Origin: Moniliella sp. 'wahieum'
Taxonomy: Eukaryota
NCBI GenBank assembly: GCA_003971905.1
Contig: RSEE01000012.1
Coordinates: forward strand, 744,001 to 808,000
Direction: 5' to 3'
DNA: 64,000 nucleotides
Shown here: positions 24,079-36,990 of the stretch, in pieces
Position numbering within the stretch: the first letter of the stretch is position 1
Layout of the letters: each line of letters begins with the position of its first letter
Notes under the pieces: generated by a model
Databases searched by the model: none
Told to the model about the DNA's origin: nothing
Seen by the model: only the letters and a program-made list of their open reading frames with translations
Translations under genes and position numbers: made by a program

Positions 24079-26077
24079 GTGATAGTCTTCAGCCTTGTGT
24101 TGATAATGATCTTTGTGAGATCTCAGAGGGTATATATATAGTGGAGGGCGACTATGCGAGAGCACCCTTACAATCTTTGTCAGTCGGACCCTCCCGTCCC
24201 ACACACTCTTGCCACCAAACCATACGCGCTTAATAAACTAGACCTCCGCTGTTGTGTTGGGGGTATATGTGGCTCTTTTCAGAAGGCTGCTCTTCTCCGA
24301 CTGAAATATAAGCAGCTTAGGCGAAAGAGGCAAAGAGGGCAAAAGGCACCATTGCAAGCAGCATGGAAACACATGATGCGCTGCTAGGACACCGAACGGT
24401 GTGGCACACTTGTTTCGATCACCTCGATCACCTCTTCGGTCCTTCCTCTATTTTATTGTCAAAAGTTATTCGATACTACTGTTGCACTGTGCGATGGGCT
24501 GGGGGAGTGCAGCCTCAGCACACAGTTGGGTATAGCTTTTTCGCTTCTAGTAGTGCCCACATTATTCTCACAAAAAGTATGTATATAATGGAGTTGTACA
24601 ACAGCCCCCGTGATCGGGGCCAGGCCCTAATCACTCACTTACTTAGAAGGGGGGGGAAGTGTTGGCGGTGGGTCACGAACTGTGTTATGATGGCCAACTG
24701 TGGAGACGCAAGAGCTAATGGAGGAGAGATCGATATGCGAAGAGCTTTCTTACTGAATCTATGGTAATAGTGGGTTTCATCTATAAGGCCTAAGGGGGGA
24801 CTTGTGGATATGTATAACCACGAGGCGAATTCACCCGCCGCGGCGCTTTGACCATCTCACTCGACCAACTCCGCCCCGCTTTGCTTGGCTGGAGGAGGCT
24901 AGTAACGAAGGGCATGGCATAGCCTCCCGTCTGTGGCTGCGCATAGTGGTTGTTGGCCACGCTAAACATTTTTTTTTAAAACACTGCAGTGCATGTGTGA
25001 CGTCACATGGGTCGGCTAATTACAGACAAGATGTGGATGCGATGCTGATTGATGCATTGATGCAGGCCCTGCCGAGTGAGAGAAACCGCGCAAGTACAAG
25101 TCCACTGCCACACGGCCGACCGACGGCCATGGCAAAAAACCCGGCGCACGTACGTCCTTCTTGCGGGGCCCTTTTGCGGGTCGGAACAACCTTCCTCGGT
25201 TTTACATTGCCCATTTTGCCCCACATCCGTTCCCATGAAGCACCCAGCTAGCATGGGAATGGGTGTACACGAAGCGCCGCGCAACACCTACTTAAGTTTT
25301 GCCGTCTCCTAGCGACGGGGGCACCGTTGAAAAATAAAAAAGGCGACGCAACACACAGAGGGGCGGAGAGACGCGGAAAGAGAGCAGGAGAGACAGTGGC
25401 GAATTTTGTTGAACTGCAACTCCCTTAATTGTGCTTTATAGACAAACTGGCAGTCCACACATTCAGGCACGCGAACTTGATGCATTCTGTTTTATTCAAG
25501 TTGTAAGCTATACACATCTCGGGTTGAGCTCCGTACTGGCCCAGCATACGCGACTCATATAGTATGGACGCTCGCATATATATATGAACACGATGTAACC
25601 AGCGTATACGAACCCGCAGTGGCAGTTGTGACATGTGACGCTGCTGTATACGGGTGTATAGTGACTAACGCGTCGACTTCTGCATATGGTCTGTGTGCGT
25701 TCGAGCGCATAATACTGGACGATTATAGACTTGGGGCGCGGGGCTGTGAACGTCGAGTCTTGTGACTTGCAGTGTCTGTGGCCATGCGCACCTCTGCCTC
25801 GGCCTTTGCCCACACGCATTGTACGAGAAGTGCTATCGGATAGGTTTCCTCATGTTGCGGCTTTGTTCGCCCTCTGTTTATTGTGGTATATCATGATGCG
25901 CGAATATATCTTATTGACACATCTTATGCGCGAATATATATTGGTGGAGGAAGTACTAGACTATAAGTACTAGCGGCCCTCAGCAAGCTCTCCAGCATCT
26001 CCCCCTCCTGTAACCACCGCCACCATCCACCACTGCTGTTCTACCACCCCAGTTACCACCCCTTATCCACTGTCACC

Positions 26078-28572
26078 ATGTCTTTGGATGTCGAAAGGAT
26101 GGGCTTGCACCAAAAAGCACCCATTGTTCGTCTCGCTCGCGCGTTCATGTTTGTCTTCCGCAAGTGGCTACGATTCAACCTATGGTGCCTCGTATTGTAC
26201 GGTCTGCTGGTCGTGCAAGATGATCTAGATGTCGAATGGTTGGTTCAGATCTTGTCTTTCACCTGCTTTACTCCCGCCGCCTTCTTCTTGTTCCGCGTGT
26301 TGTACCCCATCGCTGATATGTTCGCCAAAGTGGCAGCTCTCATGGCCGTGGGGTACGTGGTTTTGAATCCCACCGAGTCCATCAATTTCGTCTGGAACTG
26401 GTTGCCAGAGGCAGCTGGTACTCATGACGAAGATATCATTCCAATACCTATCCCGGGTTCTTACAAAATCAAGTCCAATGATCTATTCCGGGATTGCTTC
26501 GGCAGCTTGCCGTCGTTGCCCTCACCCCTGCCCAGGATGCGATATTGCATTATGGACCTCGTCCGCCCGACTCGAGTGTGCCCACTGCACCTCGTCCTTC
26601 CGATTCGAGTGTGCCCACTGCACCTCGTCCACGACATTCACAGGACAAACCCAGGAACCTACCCGGCCTCCAACTACCCCAGCACCGACCCTATCCCATT
26701 GAAATACGTGCCCCGGCCCATGACGTCGTCCCAAAGGAGTTGATTACTACGCATGGTGCACGCCAACTATTGTTGCCGCCCCTGGAACGCCTGTTGGTTG
26801 AGAGGCGGGCGCAACGGCCGCTATATCAATACCACTGTCCTCCCAGCCGCCCGCTACGTCAATATCAGTGTCCTACTGGCTGTACTGGTGCTATTCGCCA
26901 GCCTCGGCGGCCTCTCAGGCTTCGGCTTCACCAAGAGCAAAATCCCGACCCCACAGACAGAAGAGAACACCCCAGTTGACCGAAACCGAGCCTCCGAAAT
27001 TGGCCTTTCGACCTACATCAATACGGACCTCGAGGCTGCGTTCCAGCAACTGACGCTCGGCAACAAGGTGCCTACTACGCCACCCTCCCCCTCTTCTACT
27101 CCGGCTGCCACTCCCAGCACCGTGGTCCCTAATCCAACCGTTGTTCCTGACGACGTGCCGGTGGTTGAGCAAAGGGATACAACCATCATCAATTCCACCA
27201 GCAGACTTGTCTCGCCCTCACCCGACGTACCACTTCCCATTCAAGCGAATCACTCACATCAAACCAAGTATGTCTCTCCCACTGAATATAATCCTGGACA
27301 TATATTCTAACTACCATTTTCTCCAGTTCTGATGAGCCCTTGGCTTCCGAGGAGACAGATGTGGGCCCCAGGGAGGAGGTGCCGTCTGAGACGCGCCCGA
27401 CGGACAATGAGTCTCCTGCCCAGGAAGCAGGGGTAAGAACTTTTCAACAGCAGCCACTTGATCTTCAGGCAGCTGGTGGGGCCAGCCAGGTGGTGGTCGG
27501 ATTTGCTGCCTACGCAACCGCAAAAAACCCGTGGATGGCTCCAATGCTTTCGACCGCGCCGGCTCATCACGGTGGTACCAATGGCTTTGCGGCCGCTTCT
27601 ACTGTCCCCATGCAACAGGCGCCATTGGGGGGCAACCAAATGCAACCCCGCCAATTCCAACAAGCCCACAACTGCTTTCTTCCTCCCGCTCCTTCTGAGG
27701 ACCCCATGCAGGTGGAATTCGGGGGCAACGCAATGCAACCTCGTCAGTTTCAGCAGGCTCACAACTGCTTCCTTCCTCCTGTCGCTTCTGCCGTCCCCAT
27801 GCAGGCGGCATTGGAGAGCAATGCAATGCAACCCCGTCAGTTCCAACAAGCCCACAACTGTTTTCTTCCTCCCACCACTTCAGTCGTCCCCACGCAGGCG
27901 GCCTGGGCGGGACCCGTCGGAACGCAGCCCCGTCAGTTCCAACAAGCTCACAACTGCTTTCTTCCTCCCGCTTCTTCTGCGGTCCCCACGGAGGCGGCAT
28001 GGGCGGGACTCGGAACGCAGCCCCATCAATTCCAGCAACCTCACAACTGCTTTCTCCCTCCGGCTCCGCGTTTCACTACGCAAGTTGCATGGGGCGGAAG
28101 TGTCCCTCAGCCTCGAGCAAAGGCTTCGCTAACACCTCAGCCCATGCAGATTGACAGCACAATGCACTCGGATCAGGGCCAATGGGGTGCACCTAGGGGC
28201 TTTGGGAGCTATTCCGGCGGTGCTGGTGCATTCATTCAACAGGCCGCTGGGGGTGGAGGTATTACCCAACCCCGTCAATTTCAGCAAGGTTCCAATGCCT
28301 TTGGTCTGCCAGCTTCGGGGTCGATCCCGGGCGTCGGGGGCACCCGCGCCCTTGCCCCTGCCCAAGCTGTGTGGGGGGGCAACGTGTTTCAGCCTCAGCA
28401 GGGTTTCCAAGCACCCTCTGCGTTCGCAAGCCAGTCTACTGTCATCGGTTTCGATACCACCGGTCCAGTCCAGGTCCCGGCGGTGTCCATGCAGCAGCCG
28501 CAGCATGAGCAACACCTAAGTGGAAGCGGTGCCCTAGCACCCCGTTTTGATGGGCGCATTGCCTCCGGCTGA
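26078..28572 (+). CDS. Orphan protein with a hydrophobic N-terminus and C-terminal Gln/Pro-rich 31-aa repeats. Intron 27268-27326, probably one gene with frameshifts
   Basis: caccATG at 26078 and a TATAAG about 115 bp upstream. A canonical intron GTATGT..CTAAC..CAG joins ORF 26753 in frame to ORF 27340 (QTN|SDEPLASEE). Confidence 0.65.
27600..28095 (+). repeat. Coding tandem repeat, 5 x about 93 bp, encoding the core QPRQFQQAHNCFLPP
   Basis: Units start at 27640, 27733, 27826, 27922 and 28015. Differences in the core are mostly at third codon positions. Confidence 0.9.
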
Positions 28573-28992
28573 GCAAGTGCTGCGGCCCCTACTCTCGCAC
28601 CGTCTAAGGCGCGCCAGGGGCCGTTCTCTCCGTCATCTCCCCCCTCGGTACTACTCCCGTTTTCTTCGACGGCGGGCTGCACGCTCGTAGTTTAGCTGCG
28701 CCTGACGCTGGTCCCAACCTGCTCTTTGGGCCTTGTGAATATATAGGCCACCGTATTTGGCGCTCACAGCTGTCCGTATTCTCCTACTATTCTCCCCGTT
28801 TCGTTCCCTTCAAGCCGCCGCCTGTTTGTGCATACACCCAGATCGTGGATATTGTTTCTAGCCATCGGATCTCGTGATTTTCTTTTTTTCTATCCAACTG
28901 TGATGCATTCCTGTAGAGTCTTTACTGATATGGGAAGACGGGCTGAATCTTTGGGCAGTGTGAGCTCTTCGCTTGCGATCTTGCTTCCCATA

Positions 28993-29648
28993 TGTCATGA
29001 GGCGAGCCCGAGGTGGAGCCGTCCCCCGTAGGTTAGAGGTACAAACCCTTGGACGGCCACTCGGAGCCACGTATACGGTATTTCCGGCCTCCGACTCTGG
29101 TCGGACCGAGCGGGTGTAGAGGCGAGGGAGAGACACTCTAGTTTGGGTGGGCTCTGCGTGCGTACAAAGGCCGCAGCTCAGACTCTCTGAGGCAGGAGCA
29201 GCGTACGTACTGTAGGTCGTCAAGACCAGTTGAACGGGTCCAGGGGCCCAGGAACTCCGAGGTAACGCGGTTTCTGGGTCGTTACCACACTCGACGCCGT
29301 AGCGGAGGCGGAATCAGGAAGAGTCTTAACTGAAGAACAAGCGTTGCCTGCACCACTGGGAGCCGCGGCTCCAATACAACCGATATGAGTCGTAAATTCT
29401 AAGAGCGTAGTAGCCCAGTGAAGGAATCAAGGGTGAAGACGGAGAAGGATGAGGAATGGCAACCAGAATGCTGACCAGGGTTGAAGAGAGGTTTGTCTCG
29501 TTAAGAGACAAGTTAATCAACAGGATGTATTGATAAGGACCACAGCTCGCAAGACTTTACAGGGCTGCTTATATACGTATAAGAGATCAGAAGGACATAA
29601 GGTATAATCACATATACAAAATCAATAGGATGTGTGGGGGTTTTTACA
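28993..29648 (-). mobile_element. Possible solo-LTR-like relic
   Basis: Segment bounded by TGT..ACA, with minus-strand TATATAAG followed by AATACA and a pyrimidine-rich tract. No target-site duplication was found. Confidence 0.25.
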
Positions 29649-30594
29649 GAGAGGTCAAGACGAAAACGCAGTCAGTACTTTCAAAGGCACTGCTGTTGAG
29701 TATCTGCAGCATGAATCAGTTGTCCGCTGAGCTCTCATTAGTCTGACGGGACTGGTGCGTGTTTGGATAAGATGTCTACGACATAATGTACGGGGCTCTG
29801 AGAGTCGGGAGAGAACCAGATCGTCCCGTAACAATATCCTGGATATATGGATCCATAGTATTCGCAAGACAGTAAAGGTAAGGCACTTGAGAAACACGAA
29901 GCGTCCACACAGATTCTCTACGACGTTCATCGACTCGCATTTTCTTCAAATGGTAGCGGCTCTTCACCTCCACACCCATCAATCAAAAGGGGAAAACACA
30001 AGAGAGAGTGTGCGGTGTAATAGTGGATCATCGGGGTCAGAACGTAGCCTACAGCGCAGTAGGATTACCCAACCCTACCCAGCTGCGTTGCTGCAGTCTG
30101 CTGTAGCTTGCCTGCATAATCGAGGGCCAGCCTTTGCACCTGAGAGGGCCATGGAGGGGAAACAGGAAGGGGAGGGGGCATTATTGTGCGCGTTCCGACT
30201 GACGCTGGTTCAGCTTGTACTGCTGCTGCGCACCCGCCCACATGGGTCACATGACCCGCCGAACCCAACTCACACGTCACGTCATGCATCACGCTAGCAA
30301 GTGGCTGGTGGACAGTCATTATTACCATTTCAAATACATCATGCGTCGGCATCACGCGTCGTGCTTGAATTTGCAACCCTTGCTGGGCTTCAATTTCATT
30401 TAGGCCACTGCAGGCCACTGTTCCTCACCTATCGGCTCTTCGTCGCCATCACGTGGCAAGACAGGCAGGACGGGAGAAAAATGTTGCGCGTCCCCACCAC
30501 CATCGATTCCTTCTTTCCTCGTACGTCTAGCTGCCAGCCGCTCCCGCTCCGCGACGACCCAAAACTGACCTTTCCCCTTATTCCGAAAAGCACC

Positions 30595-31401
30595 ATGGCA
30601 CCTTTCGACATTGAACAGAACGAACCGCAAGACATCCCAGAGGCTATCCAGACCTCTCTCGATGAGGTTTCTGCTGCTGCGGACGCCGTCGATCTCGAGA
30701 TGATGATCGAAGCCATGAAGCGGCATGGCGCCATCCACACCAAGCGTGGCACCTTGGTTAGCAAGATCCCCCACTTCTGGGCTCAGACGGTGATGAACAG
30801 TGCTTTGGTTACCTTTTTTGACTCGGAAGATGCGGATGCCATGTCGTACCTCGAGGATCTGAATGTCGAGTACCCGGCCCTGGAGCAAGGTGACCCGCGG
30901 CCAGTCAAGTTGACCTTCACGTTCGGCGAGAACCCCTACTTTACCAACAAGACCCTCGTCAAGGAATTTACCCTCAAGCCTGACGCGCCCTCGGTCAAGG
31001 CCGAGTTTGATCTGACCGAGGTGGGCCAGACGAGCAAGACTGCGATCGACTGGAAAGATGAGGAGCACAACATTGCCAAGAAGAACCCGCAGGTTAACAG
31101 CTCTAAGGATGACGACTTTGACCCCGGCAGCTTCTTCAGCCACTTTTTCGAGGGCACCGATCTGGAAGTGGTTGGGCCGGTGGCAACCGCGTTGATTGTT
31201 GACCTGTGGCAGAACGCGGTCGGCATCTACACGGGGACCCATGACAACATGGACCTCGGCCTCTATGGCAATGACGCTGAATTCGACGCTGAAGACTCCG
31301 AGGAGGAGGAGGATGAAGATGACGAGGACGAGGACCCCAATGCTGAAATCGACTTGGAGGAGGTCGACGAGCGGCCGAAGAAGAAGGCGCGCAAGAACTA
31401 A
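30595..31401 (+). CDS. NAP-family histone chaperone (Vps75/SET/Nap1-like)
   Basis: Motifs KIPHFWAQTV, YLEDLNVEY, LTFTFGENPYFTNKTLVKEF, IDWK and SFFSHFF. Acidic tail with a terminal RPKKKARK NLS. Uninterrupted ORF. Confidence 0.92.
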   Translation: MAPFDIEQNEPQDIPEAIQTSLDEVSAAADAVDLEMMIEAMKRHGAIHTKRGTLVSKIPHFWAQTVMNSALVTFFDSEDADAMSYLEDLNVEYPALEQGDPRPVKLTFTFGENPYFTNKTLVKEFTLKPDAPSVKAEFDLTEVGQTSKTAIDWKDEEHNIAKKNPQVNSSKDDDFDPGSFFSHFFEGTDLEVVGPVATALIVDLWQNAVGIYTGTHDNMDLGLYGNDAEFDAEDSEEEEDEDDEDEDPNAEIDLEEVDERPKKKARKN

Positions 31402-32031
31402 GATTCGGCCGCAGATGGATCTTTGGGTCTCTGTGAGCCAAGTCGAGTTCTTGTTTTCTTGCCGTGTAATGCTGGTATTTCTTCCCGTGTGCTCTCTAAT
31501 AAGTAGTTCGTACCGCCCGATGAAGGAGACAGGTGGTAGTGTCTGTATCAGGTCTCAAGCGTGCTCTCGTGGCGTGTTCCGCGCACCTCATGTGGCTCTG
31601 CCAATACTTATGCCCTCTCGCATCTCAGCTTCTACTGGCTTCAACTGCTTGGAAGACGACCGCCCAGCTCAGTCTCACCCTGACTGGTGCAGCAGCGCGG
31701 AGACAGCTCCGGCTCTTCCCTCCCCCCGCAGCCTTTGCGTCAGCGTCGCTTCCACTCAGCGTGGACCCTAGCGCAGGACCTGCCGCCAGGAGCGCTCCCC
31801 ATTATAAGGCGCCCGTACAGTTCCGATGCCGCCATCCCGTTCCACTGTCAATGGCGGCGAGGATGCGATGCGCAGAGCACCAGATGCCTGCCTACGGCTG
31901 TGTAGACATCCAGAGCCCATATGGTGCAGTGGAACCATCACGTAGAGGTACGGAGTGAGAGCAGGTCAAGTGGTCGTGCCTTGAGCGTCTCCGCCTCTCG
32001 TCACAAAAACTGAAGCCATTGTTGGTTTCCA

Positions 32032-34127
32032 TTACAACACCTTCTCTCCCCTCCCAATTGCCACCGCCTCATCCCACATGCCCTGCTCGAGTTTGACGGC
32101 CGAATGGAAAATATCTTGGAGTGTGTGCAACCGGGCTGGTGCGATGGCTTCCTTCTCCACCAGAGTCTCCAGCACATCCACTGCATCCACTGCGCCCTGT
32201 TGAAAGCGATCGTGCGAATAGGTTTCAATCCAGTCGGCATAGGGGTTGCCCTGGTCACGAGCATGGGGGTGAGCCAAAGCCAAGTTGCGACCCACCTCGG
32301 CATAGCCCAGAATGCAAGGCAGCGTCGCCACCAACATCTCTGCCGCTGCGTACCGCCGTCCCACATCCAGCACAAAGCGCGTGTAGGCCAAGGTGGCACG
32401 CGACTCGGTTGTTTCATGCTCCAATTGGGCACGCGAGATTCCCCATTGGGCACAGAACTTGATATGCAACTCTGCCTCTTGGGCGATGGTCAAACTGCGT
32501 GAGGCAAGATTCTGGATCACTGGGAACTCATCCGCTTTGCTTGCAGCCAAGGCACAAATTTAGCGTAATGACGGGAGAAAGAAAGGAGGAGGGTAGGAGT
32601 CTTGAGTCAAAAGTGTGGAACGCCGCCAAACGGCAGCACGCCTTGTCCCAACTGTTGCACAAACGGATGGTGGACAAACAGGGCCCACCCCAGCGCCACT
32701 TCCACCAACTGGCTTGTCAAAGGCTGGAGACAGCCCAAGTGAGCCAATTCGGCTGCTGCTCTAGCTCTTGTGCGGTTTGGTCGTCGGCCAACGCAGGGAA
32801 TTTATCCGACCTCCTGCGTTGCACTGCGCGGGCGACAAGGGCATGCGAGTGGTTGAGAGGATGCTTGCCCGGCCCACATGGTTCAGCCCATGGAGCAAGC
32901 CACCTTGGACATACTCGATCCCTTGCAGAACCGAGTGGCGCAACCCCAAGCCCGACGCGAGGTAAGTGGCAATTGCCGAGCTGAGCGTGCACCCCGTTCC
33001 ATGGGTAGCAGAGGTGGGGATGTAGGGCTTGATGACAATGGTGAAGCGGTATTGGGGGCGAGATTGTGCCTCAATCCCAATTGCCTCGCACAACACATCC
33101 GCCACACTCGGCCCCCTCGGGTTGGCGGCGCAACCGACAAGCCTTGGGCAGGATGAGCCCGTTGGGCCGTCAGAACGGTAGACCAGGGTCTTAAATCAGT
33201 TCGTACGACTGCCAATTCTGCCTGCGCCGGGGTCGAAGAGGAGGGTGGAAGGTAGACGCACGCGTCGATGACTGCGGCGTCGGCTTAGCAGCTCTGCACC
33301 CGGGCCCGAAGAGGGTGCGTTGGCCTGGCCAAAGACATATACTGGGCGCTGGAGGGTTGTAGCCCCAAATGGTCCAGTAACAGCTCTACTTCCGACTGTG
33401 CAAAAGAGCTGTGCCCTCCCTTGACCAAGACCGCTGGGGCCCGAATACATGGCAATCGTCTCGGCCGCTTCTTTCATGGCCAAGGCTCGAATTGGACGGC
33501 CGGGGGTTGTGTCGTGAACTCATCGGCGGGAGTAGTGGTAAACCCAGGAAGAGAGAGATGTGGAAGGCCCTGGGGTACCGGTTGCCCATAGTGGTGGAGA
33601 ATGGCGCTGGCCTCGGGCAAGTTGGGGGTCAGAAGAGTGGCCTGGGGCGCAAGGCGGGCCAAGATGGTCTGATCGCGTCTGGCTGGAGCAACATCGATCC
33701 GGATGTGGAGACCATGACGGGATCGAGAACGATAGGAGGCAAGCTACTGCGGGGGTGTTGCTCTTTCCCGGGAACGAGGAGAGGAGGGCTTGGAGAGAAT
33801 CGGCCACTACATCGGCAACCTCACGTTGGCAAGCATTCCCACCTTGAACGCATCGATGTCAATGTCCTCACTGACGCTGCGGAACTGCTGGGCAACGAAG
33901 TCGGGCGGGACTTGGGAGATGGCTTGGACACCACATGTGTTCTGTGCTGTGAGAGCAGTCAAAACGGACAAGCCATACCCGCCCAGCGCCTGGATGGCCT
34001 TGAGGTCGGCTTGGATGCCGGCGCCACCACTGCTATCAGAGCCTGCAATGGTGCACACCCGAACCGGGTCGCTGGAGAAGAGCGCGTGCGGTGCCATGAA
34101 AGGGGGAAGTGGTGGAGAGGTGCCCAT
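32032..34127 (-). CDS. THI20: Hydroxymethylpyrimidine/phosphomethylpyrimidine kinase fused to TenA thiaminase II (THI20/THI21-like), frameshifted
   Basis: ThiD motifs [43 protein letters not shown] and [14 protein letters not shown]-terminal TenA motifs [21 protein letters not shown] (catalytic Cys) and [11 protein letters not shown]. Confidence 0.9.
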
Positions 34128-35049
34128 GTAGCTGGGTTGCTGAAGAGCGTGTTGAGCGGCTGCTTAGCTGGGGTGTTATGTATGTTCTACCCAGCGCAGA
34201 CAACACTCAGCCATGTCCGATGCTCAGTGCTCAGTCTGGGCACTCAGTCTGAGTAACCTATACGCGAGTAGTACGGTCGTCGTCAGTGGCCACTGTCCGT
34301 TATAATCCGCCAGCAAGGTCCTCAGGGCCTCAGGCCTCCTCAAATGTGATGACACAATGTCACAGCTCACATGACCGGTGACCATGACACTGAGCCTCAG
34401 CACTATGCGGTACCGGTTACCGGTTACCTCATTGCACGTGAGCTAAGGACAAGTAATTAGGCGGCCATATCAATAGCAGGCTGTATATAGCGCGGCGGAC
34501 TAACCGGCCCGGCAAGGGACAAGTACCCAGTCAAACCACCGCGTATCGAGCATCGCTTCAAACGTTGCCGCGGGGCTCCGGGAGGGGCGAGCCCGGGCAG
34601 GAGGAGTGACGAGCTCCTGGCTACTCACGTCACAAGTATCAACGTACCAACCATCCCCGCCGAGACACCTCCGAGATCCCAGATCCCATGTTGGAGTGAC
34701 TAGTGATGCTGATGGACAGATCGATGACATGGATTACACATTGCACCATTTCAAATGCGGAAACCTCAGGTGACCTTCCGCCAGTAGCCGAGCCGCACAG
34801 GGCCAGTCGGTGCAAAGCTTCCACAACTTTCAACTCCGTTCTCTCGTTTTTCTGGCGGAGAAACGCAGGGCTGAGCGCGCTGAAGGCAGCACCAGAGTCA
34901 TCGTCTAGATGGTCATCTCATCTCCATCGGCTCATCCGCTCATCGCTTCGGCCTATCTCAGGCAGCCACAAAACAGCATTTATATCCAGCCTCCGACTTC
35001 ACCTTCTTTCCTTCTTCCCCCCCCCTAACCCACCTATCTCTTCTCCATC

Positions 35050-36207
35050 ATGTCTCCTAGTGAAAACAAGCCACTTGCGCCCTTGGATGCGTCCAAGCTC
35101 AAGGTTACGCTCAACACGGCGGCCCAAGGCACCGTCCCCGATTTCGCCAACCTAAAGTTGGTGCTACCTTTGCCCCCCACATGCTCACCGTTGACTGGGA
35201 CCAAGAGCATGGGTGGGGCACACTGAGATCGTGCCTTACGGTGACCTCCCTCTCGCCCGCGGCGCCTACGTTCCATTATGCCTCGGGGCTGTTGAGGGTC
35301 TCAAGGCGTACAAGTCTGACCAGGGCGGCATTCTGCTCTTCCGTCCGGACATGAACATGGCGCGGATGAACCGTTCGGCTGCCCGCCTGGGTCTGCCCAC
35401 CTTTGATGGCGCCGAGGCGATCAAGATGATTCGGAAGCTGGTTGAGCTGGACCAGGCTTGGGTGCCACCGACCGAGGGGTCCTCGCTCTACATCCGTCCT
35501 ACCTTGATCGGTACGACACCGACGTTGGGTGTACACAAGCCCGGCCACGCCAAGTTTTACGTGATCACTTCCCCTGTGGGCGCGTACTTTTCTACGGGTG
35601 CGACGCCGCGCGGGGTGCGTCTGTTGGCGCGCGACGACATTGTTCGTGCCTGGACGAATGGGACGGGGTCATTCAAGCTGGGAGCCAACTACGGCCCCAC
35701 CTTGGTCCCTGGGGAGGAAGCGAACCAAGAAGGGTACGATCAGATTTTGTGGGTGTTCCAAGGCGAGTTGACCGAGGTGGGTGCGATGAACTTTTTCATC
35801 GTGTTTGCCCGGCCGGACGGGACGTACGAAGTGGCCACGGCGCCGCTGGAGGATGGGTACATTTTGCCGGTGTCACACGGGATTCGATCTTGGTGTTGCT
35901 ACGGGAACATGCGAGTGGGGCCCACCCCTGCCGGGTTGCCACCCCCAGAAAAGGTGGTCGTGTCGGAGCGCAAGGTCTTGATGGACGAAGTACTGCGGGC
36001 TTCCGAGCAGGGTCTGCTGGCCGAAGCGTTCGGCACGGGTACCGCTGCCATCATCTCGCCGGTCGAGCAGATTGGCTTCCACGGCCAGACCATCCAGATC
36101 CCCATGGCGAGGATGGCAAGGGTCCCTTTGCTCGTGTTTTGCTCACCGAGCTGGCGGACCGGCAACGGGGCAAGCAATCGTACCCTGGGTGGAGCGTGCC
36201 CATCTAA
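35050..36207 (+). CDS. BAT1: Branched-chain amino acid aminotransferase (frameshifted)
   Basis: Motifs EGLKAY, LFRPDMNMARMNRSAARL, SLYIRPTLIGT, VRAWTNGTGSFKLGANY (PLP Lys), TEVGAMNFF, GVTRDSI and EAFGTGTAAIISPV. Confidence 0.93.
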
Positions 36208-36990
36208 CTGAGGCGTAAGGCCTCAGATTCAAAATACTCGAGCTTTCTGCATATTATCTACGTGAGTCAGGTTTTAATGGATTGTGCATGTGCAAGTGTC
36301 GGAGACGTAGAAGGTGCAAAGTGGACTAGTTTTGAGGCTAAAAGCCTGCGCTGAATACTCAGTGACGCTGGGCCTCAGCGCTGAGGTTGAGTGCTCAGAC
36401 TGAGTACTACTCAGCTACTCACAACTCACACGTCACATGTTACAGCCCGCATGTCACGTGACACATCACAGCGCTCACATGCTCGCCATGTCAATGTGAC
36501 ATGCCTCGCTCGCTTCCACTCCACGTGGCTCCCGGGTGGTGAACGTGACATGCGTCCCCATGCCTGCTACACACCTGTCACCCAAGCGACGACGGGAGCG
36601 ACGCTTGGCAACACAGCGCATGTATCGGCCCTGGCAAGCATCATCGGCATCATCCATGGCGATGGAACCAAGCCGTGGTCCCTAGTAAGCTAGTAACTAG
36701 TAGCTAGTAACTAGTCCTCGTAACCCCGTCTAATTGCAGCCCAGCTGAGAGCCACGCCGCCGGCTGGAGGAGTGAAACATGATGTGGCGCTGAGCGTTTA
36801 CCGAGCACGGGGCACTGCCGGCACGCGAGCCCGCCGTGGCCACCACCTTCTGCTTCGGATCTGCCGGCGGGGCCAGGTGGAGTCGAACGGCACTACCCTT
36901 TCTCCTCTTCATCGCGTCGTTGGTGCCGCCGCCCCCCCCCCACCCCCCCACGTCCAACTCCATCCCACCCCGGCCAACGCCGTGTTCGCC

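Noticed and set aside
30400..31242. 280-aa antisense ORF over the NAP gene (and similar antisense ORFs over the septin, RNR1 and THI20)
   Set aside because: Explained by the codon bias of the sense gene, with no independent evidence.
34128..34450. TPP riboswitch upstream of the thiamine gene
   Set aside because: No CUGAGA / GAACCUGAU-type aptamer core or flanking intron was found on the coding strand.
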